A DNA stretch of 64,000 nt from contig NC_091282.1 in assembly GCF_032444005.1 (NCBI RefSeq), positions 554,404,001 through 554,468,000 on the forward strand. Reading direction: 5' to 3'. The notes below the pieces were generated by a model. That model was given only the letters and a program-made list of their open reading frames with translations. It was not told the origin of the DNA and searched no databases. The stretch is from Ranitomeya imitator. Lineage: Eukaryota. Positions 62,307 through 64,000 of the stretch are shown here, in pieces. Numbering within the stretch: position 1 is the first letter of the stretch; every line of letters begins with the position of its first letter. The translations under genes were made by a program, and so were the position numbers.

Positions 62307-62784
62307 CAGTTGTGTGAAAAAGTATTTGCCCCTTCCTGATTTCCTATTCTTTTGCATGCTTGTCACACTTAAATGTTTCAGATCACCAAACAAATTTAAA
62401 TATTAGACAAAGATAACACAAAATGCAGTTTTTAAATGACAGTCTTAAGGCTATGTGCACAGGTTGTGGATTTTGATGCATCTCCTCAGCGTTTTTGGAA
62501 GAGCATTGCATCAAATCCGCAGTGTAGTGCACAAGCAATGTTCATCAAAGGGAAATCTAGAATTAGTGTGCACATGCTGCGGAAAAAAACACGTGGATTT
62601 GCTGTGTTTTATTTTCCGCAGCATGTCAATTGTTTTTGCGGGTCTGCAGTGTTTCTGCACCCATTGACTTCCATTGATGTAGTCAAACCCGCAGCAAAAC
62701 TGCAGGTTTAAAAAGATCTGCGGTTTTGCTACGGAGTTGGGTGTGAGAAACGCTGCAGATCGGGAGGAGCAAGAGTATGTGGGT
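62307..62784. mobile_element. Tc1 terminal fragment followed by a truncated Harbinger-type MITE (from 62449)
   Basis: ta-cagttgtgtgaaaaagtatttgcccc is a Tc1-type TIR; taa-ggctatgtgcac is a MITE start. Interrupted by the L1. Confidence 0.6.
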
Positions 62785-64000
62785 GGGGGGCCGTGGCTAT
62801 GTAGCCGAAGAAGACGGAAGCATCTTAGGAGAGCTCCGTACATCCTGAGACATATCTGCCATAAATACTGAGTGGGACCGAGCGGTACCAACCCAAATCT
62901 GAGCCCTACATACCAGAGAGTCCCCTGGATCTTTTGGGGGACCGCTGCAGAGATCCGTGGAGTCGGGAGCCGCGGGAACCGGAGCGGGCAGGAGATCCCC
63001 GCAGGTGACGGCGGCCATTTTCAGAGCACGCGCCAGGAAGCACAGGACGCGGTGCTGCCAATTACCGGAGCTGAGCCCCCTATCATCCCGGAGGCGGCGG
63101 CGGCTGGCCGCGCTGGTGAGAGCAGCGGGACACCTGCATGTGGGAGCAGGGAGGGCGCACGAAACACAGCGCTGCTCTCTGTTGGATCCCTCTCATCTCG
63201 GAAGCAGCGGCGGTGAATGGTGCTGGAGAGCGAGGCGGGAAGCTTGCACGCAGGAGCGGTGAGGACTGGCAGGTGTCGGTACGTGCCTGGGGCAGCGGCC
63301 ATTAATATAGCGCACACCCTGGCAGATAGGGAGTTGCGCTTTTAATCACATCAGCGGCGCTGGGCAGTGAGTGTGTGCCTGAAGAAGTAGGGGTGGTACA
63401 GTGTGTGCCCTGAAAAAGTGGGACCTGCGCCCCCCTGTCGGGTGGACATTTTCCCTACCAGTGCCATAGTACTACAGGGATTAACCCCTTTCTAGCTGCT
63501 TCCCCGGGGGTAACTGTGAAATTACACGGCCTGCGTATTACAGTGACTCTGAGCTTCCCCATAATTGCATTTGAGGTCGCTTTGCATAATCTTCTTGTGA
63601 ACACTCATCATGCAGCACCCTAGAGGAGCTGCAGCTGCTGAAAAATTAAAAAAATATGCCAAGGATGATCCTCCTGATAATGTGCGCAGTCTTAGAAATA
63701 ACCCTGCACCATCTCAGCGTAAAGGTCGCCCCTCTGATGGGAACGAGGAGAGAGGAGAGGATGAACTGACTCTTAAACAGGCATCAGAGCAGTTGATGCA
63801 AGCTATATCTCTCACTAGATCATCTCTCACAGAGAAAATAGAGGATGTACATACTGAGGTGGGGCGCCTGAGACATGACATGCAAGCTATGAGAGGGCGC
63901 ATCTCAGAGGTTGAAACGAGGGTGTCTCATATAGAGGACACTATCACCCCTATGGAAGCTAAACTGAATAAAGCTGCTGGATCCGTGAATGCCTGGAAGC
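62785..64000 (+). mobile_element. LINE-1-like element 5' end (CpG-rich 5' UTR plus ORF1), antisense in an EPS15L1 intron
   Basis: G-rich start ggggggccgtggct, a ~0.8-kb GC-rich leader, then an open coiled-coil ORF running off the window. Confidence 0.75.
63610..64000 (+). CDS. L1 ORF1p N-terminus (partial; open at the window end)
   Basis: MQHPRGAAAAEKLKKYAK...LTEKIEDVHTEVGRLRHDMQAMRGRISEVETRVSHIED, a heptad coiled coil typical of L1 ORF1p; no stop in 130 codons. Confidence 0.75.
   Translation, partial: MQHPRGAAAAEKLKKYAKDDPPDNVRSLRNNPAPSQRKGRPSDGNEERGEDELTLKQASEQLMQAISLTRSSLTEKIEDVHTEVGRLRHDMQAMRGRISEVETRVSHIEDTITPMEAKLNKAAGSVNAWK

Noticed and set aside
62872-63317. Upstream and antisense ORFs in the L1 leader as an ORF0 analogue
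   Set aside because: ORFs of about 100 aa are expected in GC-rich DNA, and there is no homology or expression evidence.

Overview
Vertebrate genomic DNA; the repeat landscape (T2/Kolobok-type MITEs, DIRS1, V-SINE, Tc1, piggyBac) suggests an anuran amphibian, which is inference. There are two host genes in convergent orientation, matching known vertebrate synteny. The first is a complete three-exon KLF2 (+; CDS 10891-10962, 12748-13642, 13889-14064; 380 aa) with a recognisable MEF2 promoter element and a ~1.55 kb 55-bp VNTR filling intron 1. The second is the last two coding exons of EPS15L1 (-; 62069-61864 DPF exon, 50793-50647 UIM exon). Almost everything else is transposon-derived: a DIRS1 retroelement with intact termini and ICR, two degraded Tc1 copies, a deleted piggyBac, the 5' end of a LINE-1, solo LTRs, Helitrons, a V-SINE, many MITEs, and deep nested stacks. 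The most striking non-coding signal is a ~316-bp Penelope/retrozyme-like unit at 319-1067 carrying a canonical type I hammerhead ribozyme (minus strand, 549-593) plus an inverted, crippled second copy. There is an assembly gap at ~58487-58688. Boundaries were read by eye; no database searches were run.
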